From Malacoraja senta (lineage: Eukaryota), in contig JAXLNO010000322.1 of assembly GCA_038087875.1 (NCBI GenBank), positions 186,001-250,000 of the forward strand: 64,000 bases of DNA, written 5' to 3'. Of this stretch, positions 11,355 to 23,464 are shown in pieces. Under the pieces are notes generated by a model. It made no database searches. It was not told the DNA's origin and was given only the letters and a program-made list of their open reading frames with translations. A program made the position numbers and the translations under genes. Position 1 is the stretch's first letter; every line of letters starts with the position of its first letter.

Positions 11355-11670
11355 CCAGGCCTGTACTCGCTAGAGTTTAGAAGAATGAGGGGGGGCCTCA
11401 TTGAAACGTACCGAATAGAGAAAGTCGTGGACAAAGTGGATGTGGAGAGGATGTTTCCACTAGTGGGAGAGTCTCACAGCCTCAGAATTAAAGGACGTTC
11501 CTTTTGGAAGGAGAGGAGGAGGAATTTATTTAATCAGAGGGTGATGAATCGGTGGAATTCTTTGCCACAGAAGGCTGTGGAGGCGAAGTCAATGGATATT
11601 TTAATGGCAGAGATAGATGGACTGTTGATTGGTAGAGGTGTCAGGGGTTATGGGGAGAAAGCAGGAGAAT
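11355..11670 (+). mobile_element. CR1 LINE 3' fragment
   Basis: GLYSLEFRRMRGGLIETY...RGYGEKAGE. Confidence 0.88.
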
Positions 11671-13380
11671 GAGCAGCTTGTAATGGAGCCGACCAGTGAA
11701 AAGGTAATTCTGGATTTAGTGTTGTCCAATGAACCAGATATGATAATTGAACTCGAGGTAAAGGAACCGCTTGGAGGTAGTGATCATAATATGATTAGTT
11801 TTAATCTGCAATTTGAGAAGGAGAACGTTAAATCGGAAGTGGCAGTGATGCAGTTGAACAAAGAGGACTATGAAGGCATGAGAGGGGAGCTGGCCAAGGT
11901 AGACTGGTAAGGGATCCTAGCAGGAATGACGGTGGAACAGCAATGGCAGGAATTTCTGGGCATAATCCGGAAGACACAGGATCATTTCATTCCAAAAATG
12001 AAGATTCTAAGGGGAGTAGGAGGCAACCGTGGCTGACAAGAGAAGTTAGGGATAGAATAAAACTAAAAGAAAAGATGTATAACACAGCAAAGAGTAGCCG
12101 GAAGCCAGAGGATTGGGAAACTTTCATAGGACAACAGAAGGAAACAAAACGGACAATACGGGCTGAAAAGATGAAGTACGAAGGGAAGCTGGCCAGGAAT
12201 ATAAAGAAGGACAGTAAAAGCTTCTTTCGATATGTTAAGGGAAAAAGAGTAGCAAAGTCAAATGTGGGTCCCTTGAAGGCAGACGGGTGAAATTATTATG
12301 GGCAACAAGGAAATGGCAGAAGAGTTGAATAGGTACTTCGGATCTGTCTTCACTAAGGAGGACACAAACAATCTCCCAGATGTACTGTAGGACAGAGGAT
12401 CTAAGGGGGTAGAGGAACTGAAAGAAATGTTCATTAGGCGAGAAATAGTATTTAGACTAATGGGACTGAAGGATGATAAATCCCCTGGGCCTGATGGTCT
12501 GCATCCCAGGGTCCTCAGGGAGGTGTCTCTAGAAATAGTGGATGCATTGGTGATTATTTTCCAATGTTCAATAGATTCAGGATCAGTTCCTGTGGATTGG
12601 AGGATAGCTAATGTTATCCCACTTTTCAAGAAAGGAGCGAGAGAGAAAACGGGGAATTACAGACCAGTTAGCCTGACCGGTGGTGGGAAAGATGCTGGAG
12701 TCAATTATTAAAAGAGGTAATAATGGGGCATTTGGATAGCAGTAAAATAATTAGTCCAAGTCAACATGGATTTATGAAAGGGAAATCATGCTTGACTAAT
12801 CTTCTGGAATTTTTTGAGGATGTGACAAGTAAAATGGATGAAGGGGTGCCAGTGGATGTAGTGTATCTAGACTTTCAGAAAGCCTTTGATAAAGTCCCGC
12901 ATGGGAGTCTGGTGACTAAAATTAGAGCACATGGTATTGGGGGTAGGGTGTTGACATGGATAGAAAATTGGTTGGCAGATCGGAAGCAAAGAGTAGGAGT
13001 GAACGGGTCCTTTTCAGAATGGCAGGCAGTGGCGAGTGGAGTGCCGCAAGGTTCGGTGTTGGGGCCGCAACTGTTTACCATATATATTAATGATTTGGAA
13101 GAGGGAATTAGGAGCAACACTAGCAAGTTTGCAGATGACACAAAGCTGGTTGGCAGTGTGAACTGTGAAGAGGATGTTAAGAGGTTGCAGGGTGACCTGG
13201 ACAGGTTTAGTGAGTGGGCAGATGCCTGGCAGATGCAGTATAATATAGATAAATATGAGGTTATCGAATTTGGCGGCAAAAACAAGGGGGCAGATTATTA
13301 TCTCAACGAGGTTAGGTTAGGTAAGGGGGAGGTACAGCGAGACCTGGGTGTCCTTGTACACCAGTCACTGAAAGTTGGCG

Positions 13381-13676
13381 GTACACAAAAATGCTGGAGA
13401 AACTCAGAATTGGGAGAATTCAATTCTGCTAGCCCTTGCTGTCCCCTCCCCTTCATCAGCCCTCTGGTTGTCTCCTCCCCTCCCCCAGCCCTCAGGCTCC
13501 TCCTCTGCCTTTTTCCTTTTTTCCTTTCTTCTCCCCACCCCCTATCAGTCTGAGGAAGGGTTTCGGCCCGAAACATTGCCTATTTCCTTCGCTCCATAGA
13601 TGCTGCTGCACCTGCTGAGCTTCTCCAGCATTTTTGTGTACCTTCGATTTTCCAGCATCTGCAGTTCCTTCTTTAA
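13381..13676 (+). mobile_element. Penelope-derived short element with inverted 5' segment and 15-bp target-site duplication
   Basis: CACTGAAAGTTGGCG duplicated at 13366-13380 and 13677-13691. The 5' GTACACAAAAATGCTGGAGAAACTCAG is an inverted copy of 13615-13641. Hammerhead-like core near 13550. Confidence 0.8.
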
Positions 13677-14288
13677 CACTGAAAGTTGGCGTGCAGGTAC
13701 AGCAGGCAGTGACGAAAGCTAATGGAATGTTGGCCTTCATAACAAGAGGATTTCAGTAAAGGAGTAGAGAGGTTCTTCTGCAGTTGTATAGGGCTCTGGT
13801 GAGACCACATCTGGAGTATTATGTACAGTTTTGGTCTCCTAATTTAAGGAAGGACATCCTTGTGATTGAGGCAGTGCAGCTTAGGTTCACGAGATTGATC
13901 CCTAGGATGGCGGGACTGTCATATGAAGCAAGATTGGAAAATACTAGGCTTGTATTCACTGGAGTTTAGAAGGATGTGGGGGGGTCTTATAGAAACATGC
14001 TAGATGCAGGAAAATGTTCCCGATGTTGGGTGAATCCAGAACCAGGGGCCACAGTCTTAGAATAAAGGGGAGGTCATTTAAGACTGAGGTGAGAAACAAC
14101 TTTTTCTCCCAGAGAGTTGTGAATTTGTGGAATTCCCTGCCACAGGGGGCAGTGGAGGCCAAATCACTGGATGGATTTAAGAGAGTTAGATAAAGCTCTA
14201 GGGGCTAGTGGAGTCAAGGGATATGGGGAGAAGGCAGGCATGGGTTATTGATAGGGGACGATCAGCCATGATCACAAAGAATGGCGGT

Positions 14289-15527
14289 TTTGCCTCCTTC
14301 TTCACCGACAAAATTCAGAAAATTGGACAAGCAGTCAGTGCCTCCACATCACGTGCAGGACATGTGTTGTCCATGTGAGCCTCTTCTGGCTCAGATCATG
14401 AAAAACATCAAAATATATTACCATAGTTACGCAGACGACACACAAATCTACATAACAATATCACCAGGAGACTATAGTCCAATACAAGCACTGAGTATGC
14501 ATTGAGCAAATCAATGAGATGCATTGAGCAAATCAACGATTGGATGAACCAGAATTTTCTCCAATTAAACAAAGAAAAAACTGAAATAATTGTTTTTGGA
14601 GCCAAGGAAGAACGATTAAAAGTTAGCACCCAGCTTCAAATGGTAATGCTAAAAACAACAAACCAAGCCAGAAACTTAGGAGTAGTCATGGACTCAGACC
14701 TGAACTTCAACAGCCACATAAAAACAGTCACAAAGTCAGCCTACTATCACCTAAAGAATATATCAAGGATTAAAGGAGTTATGTCTCAGCAGGATTTGGA
14801 AAAACTTGTCCATGCATTTATATTCAGCAGGCTCGACTACTGTAACAGTGTCTTTACAGGTCTCCCTAAAAAGTCGATCAGACAGCTGCAGTTAATTCAG
14901 AACGCTGCTGCTCGAGTCCTCACTAAGACCAAAAAGGTAGATCACATTACTCCAGTTCTGAGGTCTTTACACTGGCTTCCTGTCTGTCAAAGAATTGATT
15001 TCAAAATACTACTGTTGGTTTACAAAGCACTGAATGGTTTAGGGCCAAAATACATTTCTGATCTTCTGCTTAGCTACGAACCACCCAGACCTCTCAGATC
15101 GTCTGGGACAGGTCTGCTCTGTGTGCCCAGAGTCAGAACTAAACATGGAGAGGCAGCATTTAGTTTTTATGCACCACATATCTGGAACAAACTCCCAGAA
15201 AACTGCAGGTCTGCTGCAACTCTCAGCTCTTTTAAATCTAGACTGAAGACTTTTCTGTTTGCCGCTGTCTTTCAGTAAACAATACAATTTATTAATTACC
15301 TATAATGCACTGTAACTTATATTCCTAGTTTTATTTTATTTTAAATATTTTATTTGATTGCTTTTAATTTTGTAATTATTTTATCTGAATAATCTAATAA
15401 TCATTTTATATCTATATGTCATTTTATATGTGTTTCTTTCAAATGCTTTAAATGTTTTATGTAAAGCACTTTGAATTACCTTGTGGTTGAAAGGTGCTAT
15501 ACAAATAAACTTGCCTTGCCTTGCCTT
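14289..15527 (+). mobile_element. L2 LINE 3' part with internal deletion
   Basis: YADD, NFLQLNKEKTE, SRLDYCNS, LHWLPVCQRIDFK; AATAAA followed by a (CTTGC)n tail. Confidence 0.92.
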
Positions 15528-16234
15528 GCTGGCTCGAAGGGCCGAATGGCCTCCTCCTGCACCTATTTTCTATGTTTCTATGTTTAATGGGATTAGGATG
15601 GAGAGAGAGATCAGCCATGAATGAATGGCGGAATAGACTTGAGGGGCTGAATGGCCTAATTCTGCTCCTATCATTTATGACACCTTCTTAACCACCCTGT
15701 CTACTTGTGCTGCCTCCTTCAGTGAGCTATGAACTTGGACTCCAAGATCCCTCTGCACATCAATGCTGTTAATGGTCATGCCATTAACTGTATACTCTCC
15801 CCTTACATTTAACCTCTCAAAGTGCATCACTTGCTCGGGTTAAATTCCATCTGCCATTTCTCTGCCCCTGTCTGCAGCTGGTCTATGTTCTGCTATCTTC
15901 TGACAGCATTTCTCGCTGTCTGCAACTCCTAATTTGTGTAATTAGCAATCTTACTCACCAACCCATCTGTATTTACGTCCAGGTTATATATATATATATA
16001 TAACACAAAATCTCTCTAACTCTGGCCCCAGCCCATTCATGAATTTTAATCCCTGTGCAATTGACTATTCCTTTAGCAGCTATTTAGTACCTTCTTCCTC
16101 TATGTGTCTCTCCTCCTCCACAACTACCATGGGGAAAAACATTCGGAACATCTTCCCCATCTAGTTTAGTCTAGTTTCTTGTCCCGTGTACCAAAAAGCT
16201 TTTTTGTATCGTGCTTTCCAGCCGTCCAGTCAAA

Positions 16235-16505
16235 ATGTGTAGGAAGGAACTGCAGATGCTAGTTTAAACTGAAGATAGATACAAAAAGCTGGAGTAACTC
16301 AGCGGGTCAGGAAGCATCAATCTGAAGAAGGGTCTCTACCCGAAACTTCACCTATTCCTTCTCTGGTCTGTAGAGGGGTCGTGCCCCGAATGTCATGTAT
16401 TCCTGTTCTCTAGGTCTGAAGAAGGGTGTTGACCCGAACGTCACCTATTCCTTTTCTCCAGAGATGCTGTCTGACATGCTGAGTTCCTCCTGATTTCTGT
16501 GTCTC
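16235..16505. repeat. Cluster of Penelope-derived pLTR fragments
   Basis: GTAGGAAGGAACTGCAGATGCT and three tandem CTGAAGAAGGG...CCCGAA(A)C-like modules. Confidence 0.7.
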
Positions 16506-16583
16506 AGCCGTCCACAGTGTACAGATACAGGATTAAGGGAATAATGTTTAGCGCAGATAAAGTCCAGTCATGTCAAATTAAAG

Positions 16584-17262
16584 ATAGAAACATAGAAAAT
16601 AGGTGCAGGAATAGGCCATTCGGCCCTTCGAGACTGCACCGCCATTCAATATGATCATGGCTGATCATCCAACTCAGTATCCTGTACCTGCTTTCTCTCC
16701 ATACCCCCTGATCCCTTTAGCCACAAGGGCCACATCTAACTCCCTCTTAAATATAGCCAATGAACTAGCCTCAACTACATTCTGTGGCAGAGAATTCCAG
16801 AGATTCACCACTCTGTGTAAAAAACGTTTTTCTCATCTCGGTCCTAAAAGATTACCCCTTTATCCTTAAACTGTGACCCCTTGTTCTGGACTTCCCCAAC
16901 ATCGGGAACAATCTTCATGCATCTAGCCTGTCCAACCCCTTAAAAATGTTGTACGTTTCCATAAGATCCCCCCTCAATCTTCTAAATTCTAGCGAGTACA
17001 AGCCGAGTCTATCCAGTCTTTCTTCATATGAAAGTCCTGACATCCCAGGAATCAGTTTGGTGAACCTTCTCTGTACTCCCTCTATGGCAAGAATGTCCTT
17101 CCTCAGATTAGGAGATCTAAACTGTACGCAATACTCCATGTGTGGTCTCACCAAGACCCTGTACAACTGCAGTAGAACATCCCTGCTCCTATACTCAAAT
17201 CCTTTTGCTTTGAATGCTAACATACCATTCGCTTTCGTCACTGCCTGCTGCACCTGCATGCC
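16584..17262 (-). mobile_element. CR1 LINE 3' fragment
   Basis: Close reverse-complement match to 48420-49102, including the ATAGAAACATAG tail. Confidence 0.92.
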
Positions 17263-17703
17263 GACTTGCAGGAGCAGCAAGATAGTGCGAGGGTCTCCAT
17301 TCTATGCCTCTCATGAACAGATATACTTATTTTAGATCTTTTAAACCCCATTATAAGACATTCCTTGTAACCCACCATCTCCACCCACGTTATACGTCAT
17401 CTCCAGAATCCCTGCTTAGGCAGTTCACATCAATCACTTTGATAATGTCCCTGAATGCTGGAGATATTTTCAGTGCGTTAGAAGAACTACGCAAATAATC
17501 CTTGTTACTGTTAGGGAAATGACTAATGACATTGAGTGTTTCCGTCTGACTCTGTTAAACAAGGCCAAATTTGTCAGAGTTCAGAGGCTGGATTGATATC
17601 GCAATGGGGAATGTGATATTATCCCATAGAAACACACCGGCTCTTCCACCTACATTGTCAACAATGACCGTCAAGCACCCATCTTGTTATGTTCTATGTG
17701 TAG

Positions 17704-18001
17704 GGGCAGCATGGTGGTGCAGCAGTAGAGTTGCTGTGTTACAGCGCCAGAGACCGGGTTTCATCCTGACTACAGGTGCTGTCTGTACGGAGTTTGTACG
17801 TTCACCCCCTGGGTTTTCTTCAGGAGCTGCGGTTTCCTCTCACACTCTAAAGATGTGCAGGTTTATCGGCTAATTGACTTGGTAGAATTGAAAGTCGTAC
17901 CTAATGTGTGTAGGATAGCGTAAATGTGCAGGGATCGCTGGTCGGCTTGGACTCCATGGGCCAAGGGCCTGTTTCCACGCTGTACGTCTAAACTAAACTA
18001 C
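17704..18001 (+). mobile_element. tRNA-derived V-SINE (HE1-like)
   Basis: A-box-like GGTGGTGCAGCAGTAG, B-box-like GGTTTCATCC, core CTGTACGGAGTTTGTACGTT, tail GGGCCTGTTTCC...CTAAACTAAAC. Further copies near 18385, 19025, 19450(-), 20065, 20150(-), 27380, 51865, 59220-59570 and 60600-60860. Confidence 0.8.
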
Positions 18002-18544
18002 AGATTCTAGTTTACACCAAAGATAGACACAAAAAACTGGAGTAACTCAACGGGTTAGATAACATCACTGGAGAAAAGAAAACTGACATTTTGGGTCAAG
18101 ACCTTCACACCAGCCGGGAAGGATCCGAAACATCACCTATTCCTTTTCTCCGGACATGATGCTTGACCCGCTGAGTTACTCCAGCTTGTTGTGTCCATCT
18201 TTGTTGCTATGTATTATGTTATCTTGAACCAAATCTGCACAAAATCCGTTTTATTGCAGCTTTCAGCTTTAAGTCCCACTGATATGTGTTGGTGCATCAG
18301 ATAACATTCTCTCACGGGCAAAGACACGGGCAGAGAGACGGAGTTCATGTAAGCTCTTTATAAATAATTACGTGGACATATTCTGGGCAGCACGGTGGCG
18401 CAGCGGTAGAGCTGCTGCCTTACAGCACTTGCAGCGCCGGAAACCTGAGTTCGATCCTGACTAAAAGACATTTGGATGACTCTACCGCTCTATACAATCC
18501 CAGCGAGTCGTGTATGTGTGGGTAGGCATGGGCACATGTAGGTG

Positions 18545-19025
18545 TAGGGAGAGAGAGAGAGAGAGGGAGAGAGGGAGAGTGGGGGAGAGAGAGGGGGGGA
18601 GAGAGAGAGAGGGGAGAGAGACAGGGGTAGAGAGAAAGGAGAGAGAGAGGGAGGGGGTTGAGAGAGGGGGGAGAGAGAGGGGGAAAAGAGAGGGGAGGGG
18701 GAGAGAGAGAGGGGGAGAGAAGGGGGAAGCGGAGAGAGAGAGAGAGGGGTGAGAGAGAGGGGGTGAGAGAAAGGGGGGGAGAGGCGGTGAGAGAGAGGGG
18801 GATGCGAGAGAGGGGGGAGAGAGATGGGGGAGAGAGGGAGGGGAAGAGAGGGAAGGTGGAGAGAGAGAGAGAGAGGGTGGGAAAGAGAGTGGGAGAGAAG
18901 GGGAAGGGGAGAGAGGGGAGGGAGAGAGGACACACACACACAGATAAAGATGAACAGAGTGCAAAAAGAGAAAAAAAATGAACAGAGGGACAGAGAAAAA
19001 AAGAGAAAGAGAAAGACAGACAGAG
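18545..19025. repeat. GA-rich low-complexity tract
   Basis: Direct inspection. Confidence 0.95.
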
Positions 19026-19682
19026 GCAGCACTAGAGCTGCTGCCTCACAGCAACGGAGAATCAGGTTCGATTCTGACTACAGGATTCTGTCTATGTGGA
19101 GATTGTACGTCATCCCTGTGACCACGTGGGTTTTTTCCAAGTGGTTTCCGTCTACATTCTAAACTCGTGCAGGTTTGTGGGTTAATTTGCTTTTGTAAAT
19201 TGCCCCTAGTGTGTAGAGAGTGGATGAGAAAGTGGGATAACATAGAACTAGTGTGGATGGATGATTGATGGTCGGTGTGGACTCGGTGGGCCAAGATGCC
19301 TGATTCCATGCTGTAATTCTAAACAAAACTAACTACCCAGCTCAACTTACATAATTACATTTAAAAGGATAAAACATCTTTAAATAAGAGCGTAGGAAAT
19401 AGAGGCGAGGTATTCCATGTTCCATGTTATCCCACTTTGTCATCCACTCCCTACACATTCGGGACAATTTACAGAGGGCCAATTAACCAAGAAACACGCA
19501 CGTGTCTTGGATATTGGAGGAAACTGAAGCACACAGAAGAAACACAGCTGGTCACAGAGAGGACGTGTAAATTCCACACACGGAGAGCACCCGAGGTCAG
19601 GATCGAACCGGGATCCCTGGCGTTGTGAGGCAGCGGCCCTACCAGCTACGCTCCTGTGCCGCCCCTGCAAGTATTTCCTCAC

Positions 19683-19939
19683 CTCTGGATTGGCCGTTTG
19701 TCGAATCCTTTGGTCTTGAATAACTTGCCACCGTGAATGCACGGGTAGTCGATCTCGGCAAACTTCAGCGCATCGTTCATCCGGCGCTTGGGTGCCCGTC
19801 GCCGCTGCGCCTCGATGGTCCGCGAGTGCCTGGTCCACATCTGCACGGAGTTGTCCCTCTGGTAGCGCCGGAACTCTCTGTGCAGCTCGCTGTAGCTCAA
19901 GAACTTAGCGCCCACTCGGAAACCCGTCACCTGGGACAT
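19683..19939 (-). CDS. First coding exon of a gene with a ZSWIM3-N-type (MULE/FAR1-derived) domain; exon spans 19984-19683
   Basis: Branch point CTGAC, pyrimidine tract and TCTCAG| acceptor at 19985; GCCATG start at 19939; open frame MSQVTGFRVGAKFLSYSELHREFRRYQRDNSVQMWTRHSRTIEAQRRRAPKRRMNDALKFAEIDYPCIHGGKLFKTKGFDKRPIQR; donor AG|GTGAG at 19682. Confidence 0.72.
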
Positions 19940-20894
19940 GGCTACACGTGCATCAGATGGAGTTGGCAGACTTGAGAGTGGGCACTGAGAATAGAGCACA
20001 TGCAGAAGATGCAGGTCAGCCAAGGTAGAACGGATCAGAACAGCTCATATATAGAGTTCAAGAATGGCACGGTGGCGCAACTGTCGAGTCACTGCCTCAC
20101 AGCCAGAGACCCGGGATCGATCCTTTCCTCGGATGCTGTCTTTAAAATTTACTTTAGATTTCAGAGATACAGCACGGAAACAGGCCCTTCAGCCCACCGA
20201 GTCTACCCCAACCAGCGATCACCCCGTATACTAGCACTATCCTACATGCTAGGACAATTTACAATTTTACAGAAGCTAATTAACCTGCAAACCTGCTCGT
20301 CTTTGGAGTGTGGGAGGAAACCGAAGATATCAGAGAAAGCTCATGGAGAGAATGTACAAACTCTGTACGGGATCGAAACCAGATCACTGCCGCTGCAAGC
20401 GTTTTAAGGCAGCAACTCTACCACTGCGCCACTGGAATCTCCATGTCCCATCCACTATCTCATCCCGTCCAGATCTTATCCTTGTGAATGGTGGTAATAG
20501 CATCCGTTAGTTTTTCTTCCAGTGACCTTTACCTCTCTGCACCGCTCAAGTCATAGAGTCATACAGCATGGAAATTCGCCCCTCAGCCCAACTCGCCCAT
20601 GCGACCAACATGTCCATGCCTAATCCCTGGGATATGGAGCAGAGGGGATTACACACCTGCGATGGGGGAGTCCAGGGATTGGGGACTTGGGGGAACGGGG
20701 GTGGGATGGAAAATTCCAGATTTGGGACCGGGAGCAATTGCGCGGATCGGGGGCAGAAAGATATTTCCTGTTGATAGTCAACCGTGAGTCAGCAGAGGGT
20801 CATTCAACAGGAAAAAAAACCCAAAGTGCTGGAGTAACTCAACGGGTCAGGCAGCATCTCTGGAGAAGCTGCTTTCTTCCAATATGCCTCAATT

Positions 20895-21665
20895 CCAATA
20901 GTGCTAAGAACTATATTTAACTCTCTTGAACACATCCAGTGAATTGGCCTCCACTTCCTTCTGTGGCAGAGAATTCCAGATTTACAACTCTCTGGATGAA
21001 AAAGTTTTTCCTCATCTCTGTCCAATATGGCCATAGCATTATTAAACTGTGACGCCTGTTTCTGGACTCCCCCAACATTGGGAACATTTTTCCTGCAGCT
21101 AGCCTATCTTATCCTTCTAAATTCCAGTGAATATAAGCACAGTCGATCCATTCTTTTATCATATGTCAGTCCCACCATCCCTGGAATTAACCTGGTGAAC
21201 CTATGCTGCACCCTCTCAAAAGCAAGAATGTCCTTCCTTAAATTAGGTGACCAAAACTACACACAATACTCCAGGTGTGGTCTCACCAGGTCCCTGTACA
21301 ACTACAGTAGGACCTCCTTGCTCCTATACTTAAATCCTTCAGCTATGATGGCCAACATGCCATTTGCTTTCTTCACTGCCTGCTGTACCTGCATGCTTAC
21401 TTTCTATGACTGATGTACAAGGACACCCAGGTCTCGTTGCGTCTCCCGTTTTCCTAATCTGACACCATTCAGATAATGATCTACCTTCTTGTTCTTGCCA
21501 CCAAAGTGGATAACGTCACATTTATCCACATTATACTGCACCTGCCATTCATCTGCCCACACACCCAACATATCCAAGTCACCCTGCAGCCTCATAGCAT
21601 CCTCCTCGCACCTCACTGCCACCCAGCATTGTGTCTTCCGCAAACTTGGAGATGTTACATTCAAT
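20895..21665 (-). mobile_element. CR1 LINE ORF2 fragment (decayed)
   Basis: CEEDAMRLQGDLD..LGVWADEWQVQYNVDKC..HFGGKNKK on the minus strand. Confidence 0.88.
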
Positions 21666-21879
21666 ACATAGGTACATAGCTGATGTTTCGGGTCGGGATC
21701 CTTCCTCACAATGTTTGTAGGGAAGGAGGGAAGAAATCTGGAAGGGAGGAAGAACAGGGCAGAGAGTAGAAGGTAAGAGGTGAACACAGGCAAGGGCGGT
21801 TTTTGATAGGCAGATGTTTAGACAGAGTCCAGAGAAGGAAATAAGAAGGCGTGAGACAAAAGGTTTGATGAGTTCTACT

Positions 21880-23460
21880 ATGGTGTTAGGGTTGAGAGAT
21901 GGATGACAATTCGGAGACAGGGCAATTCTCAGTTTGCGAGAACAGTGGCTCAGAATTTAGACGGGACAGCAATCCCAGAAATTGGAAAGATTGCCATGCA
22001 TTTACATGGCACTGGTGACCTAGCCGGGTTTGTGAGCAGATTGCAATTCCCCAGGTTCAAGGGTTAGAGGTCAATCCCTGGGGTTGTGGGAATTTCCTGG
22101 ATCAGAGATGAGATCCAATCATTAGGCTTGTGGGCGACAAGTTGCAATCCGAGGGATTGGGGACTGCAGGGGAGATCCAAGGCACCGAAGCCTGGGTTTC
22201 CGGAAATTACAATTCCTGAGATATAGGGTGAGATTTGGGGAGATCTGGGATGAGAGATGGGGCATGTTCGAACTCCTGCGATCAGTGATGAGGTGGGATC
22301 CAATTCCTGGAATTACAGATGGGCTGTGGTCTAATCCCTGGCATCACCAATGGGACAAACCCCAATCCTTGGGATCAGAGACAGGGTGGGGTCCATTCCC
22401 AGAGATTAGGATAAAACAGGCTCCAATCCCAGGGATCAGAGGACGGGTGGGGTCCAATAACTGTGATCAGAGACTGTGCGGTGCAATGGGAAGTGGGAAT
22501 CACTGGGATCAGGCACAATCCCTGGGATAGAAATTCCTGGAGTTGGAATAATAATTGACCGAGTGCAGGTGGCGGAATAATTCCCTGTGTTTGAGGTGGG
22601 GGCATCCCTGGGTTAGATAGTGGAAATTCCTGGGATTCAGATAGCACTGCCTGCATCGGAGCACTGGTTTAATCGGAGGTAATCCCTGGATAAGAGAGGA
22701 TAGCAATTCCAGACATTAGAATAATCGCCCGTGAGCCGGGGGAATCGCCCAGTCTGGGCTGGGAGCATCTTGCAATTCTCAGCATTGTGAGGGAAATCAT
22801 GAGATTGTGGATCAGGGTTAGGGGCAATCCTTGATTCAGTAAGGCTGCAAGTTCCTGGGATTGGGATAATCGCCCATGTGTGGGTGGGGGGTAATTCCCT
22901 GGGTTGGGTTAGGGGTATCTTGCAATGCTCAGCATTGGCATAGGGGACAATCGCTAATTTAGAAAGGATGGATATTTCTGGCATTGGAATAATAATTGCC
23001 CGTGTGCAGGTGGGGATAATTCAATTCCCTGGGTTAGAGGTAGGGGCACACAGCAATGCTCAGCATTGTGAGGGACATCTACAGGATGGTACATCGGAAT
23101 AAATCCCTGATTTTGCTGGATGAAAATTCCTGGGATTGCCCTTGTGCAGGTACGGTGGTAATTCTCCATGTTTGCAATGGGAGCATCTTGCAGGGCCCCG
23201 CATTCGGACAGAAATCCCTGGGATGGGATTTAGATCGGATGGAAATTCCTGGCATTGGAATGATAACCACACATGTGGGGTTGATGGGATAATTCCCCAG
23301 GTTTGGGGTAGGGGCATCTTGCAATGTTCAACATTGAGATAGGGGTCGGGATGAATCCCTGATTTAGATAAGATACAAATTCACGGCATTGGGATAAAAA
23401 ATACCAGTGTATGTGCAGGGATAAGTCCTTGGGTTTGGGGTAGGGGGGTCTTCCAATGCT
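21880..23460. repeat. Highly degenerate tandem-like region with recurring AATTCC(C)TGGG, GCAATCC and TGCAATGCTCAGCATT motifs
   Basis: Motifs recur dozens of times at irregular spacing; a longer module is visible near 22560, 22870, 22990 and 23270. Confidence 0.6.
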
Positions 23461-23464
23461 CTGT

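Larger units (their letters stand above)
11671..15585 (+). mobile_element. 5'-truncated CR1 LINE (ORF2 and 3' UTR), interrupted by two insertions
   Basis: End of endonuclease (GGSDHN); RT QHGF, YLDFQKAFD, GVPQGSVLGP, FADD. The 3' UTR is split by L2 at about 14288-15527 and resumes GCTGGCTCGAAGGGCCG...CTATGTTTCTATGTTT. Confidence 0.92.

Noticed and set aside
17330..17555. Possible next exon of the ZSWIM3-type gene (minus strand)
   Set aside because: An acceptor is plausible, but the phase-compatible frame stops early and lacks the expected C...HxH motif.
17704..17780. tRNA-like sequences at SINE heads (also 18385 and 60600)
   Set aside because: They continue into SINE body and tail and do not form a complete cloverleaf.
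18420..19162. Ser/Leu/Pro- and Glu/Arg-rich ORFs (also 487-1458 and 24167-25022)
   Set aside because: Translations of simple GA, CT and G-rich sequence.
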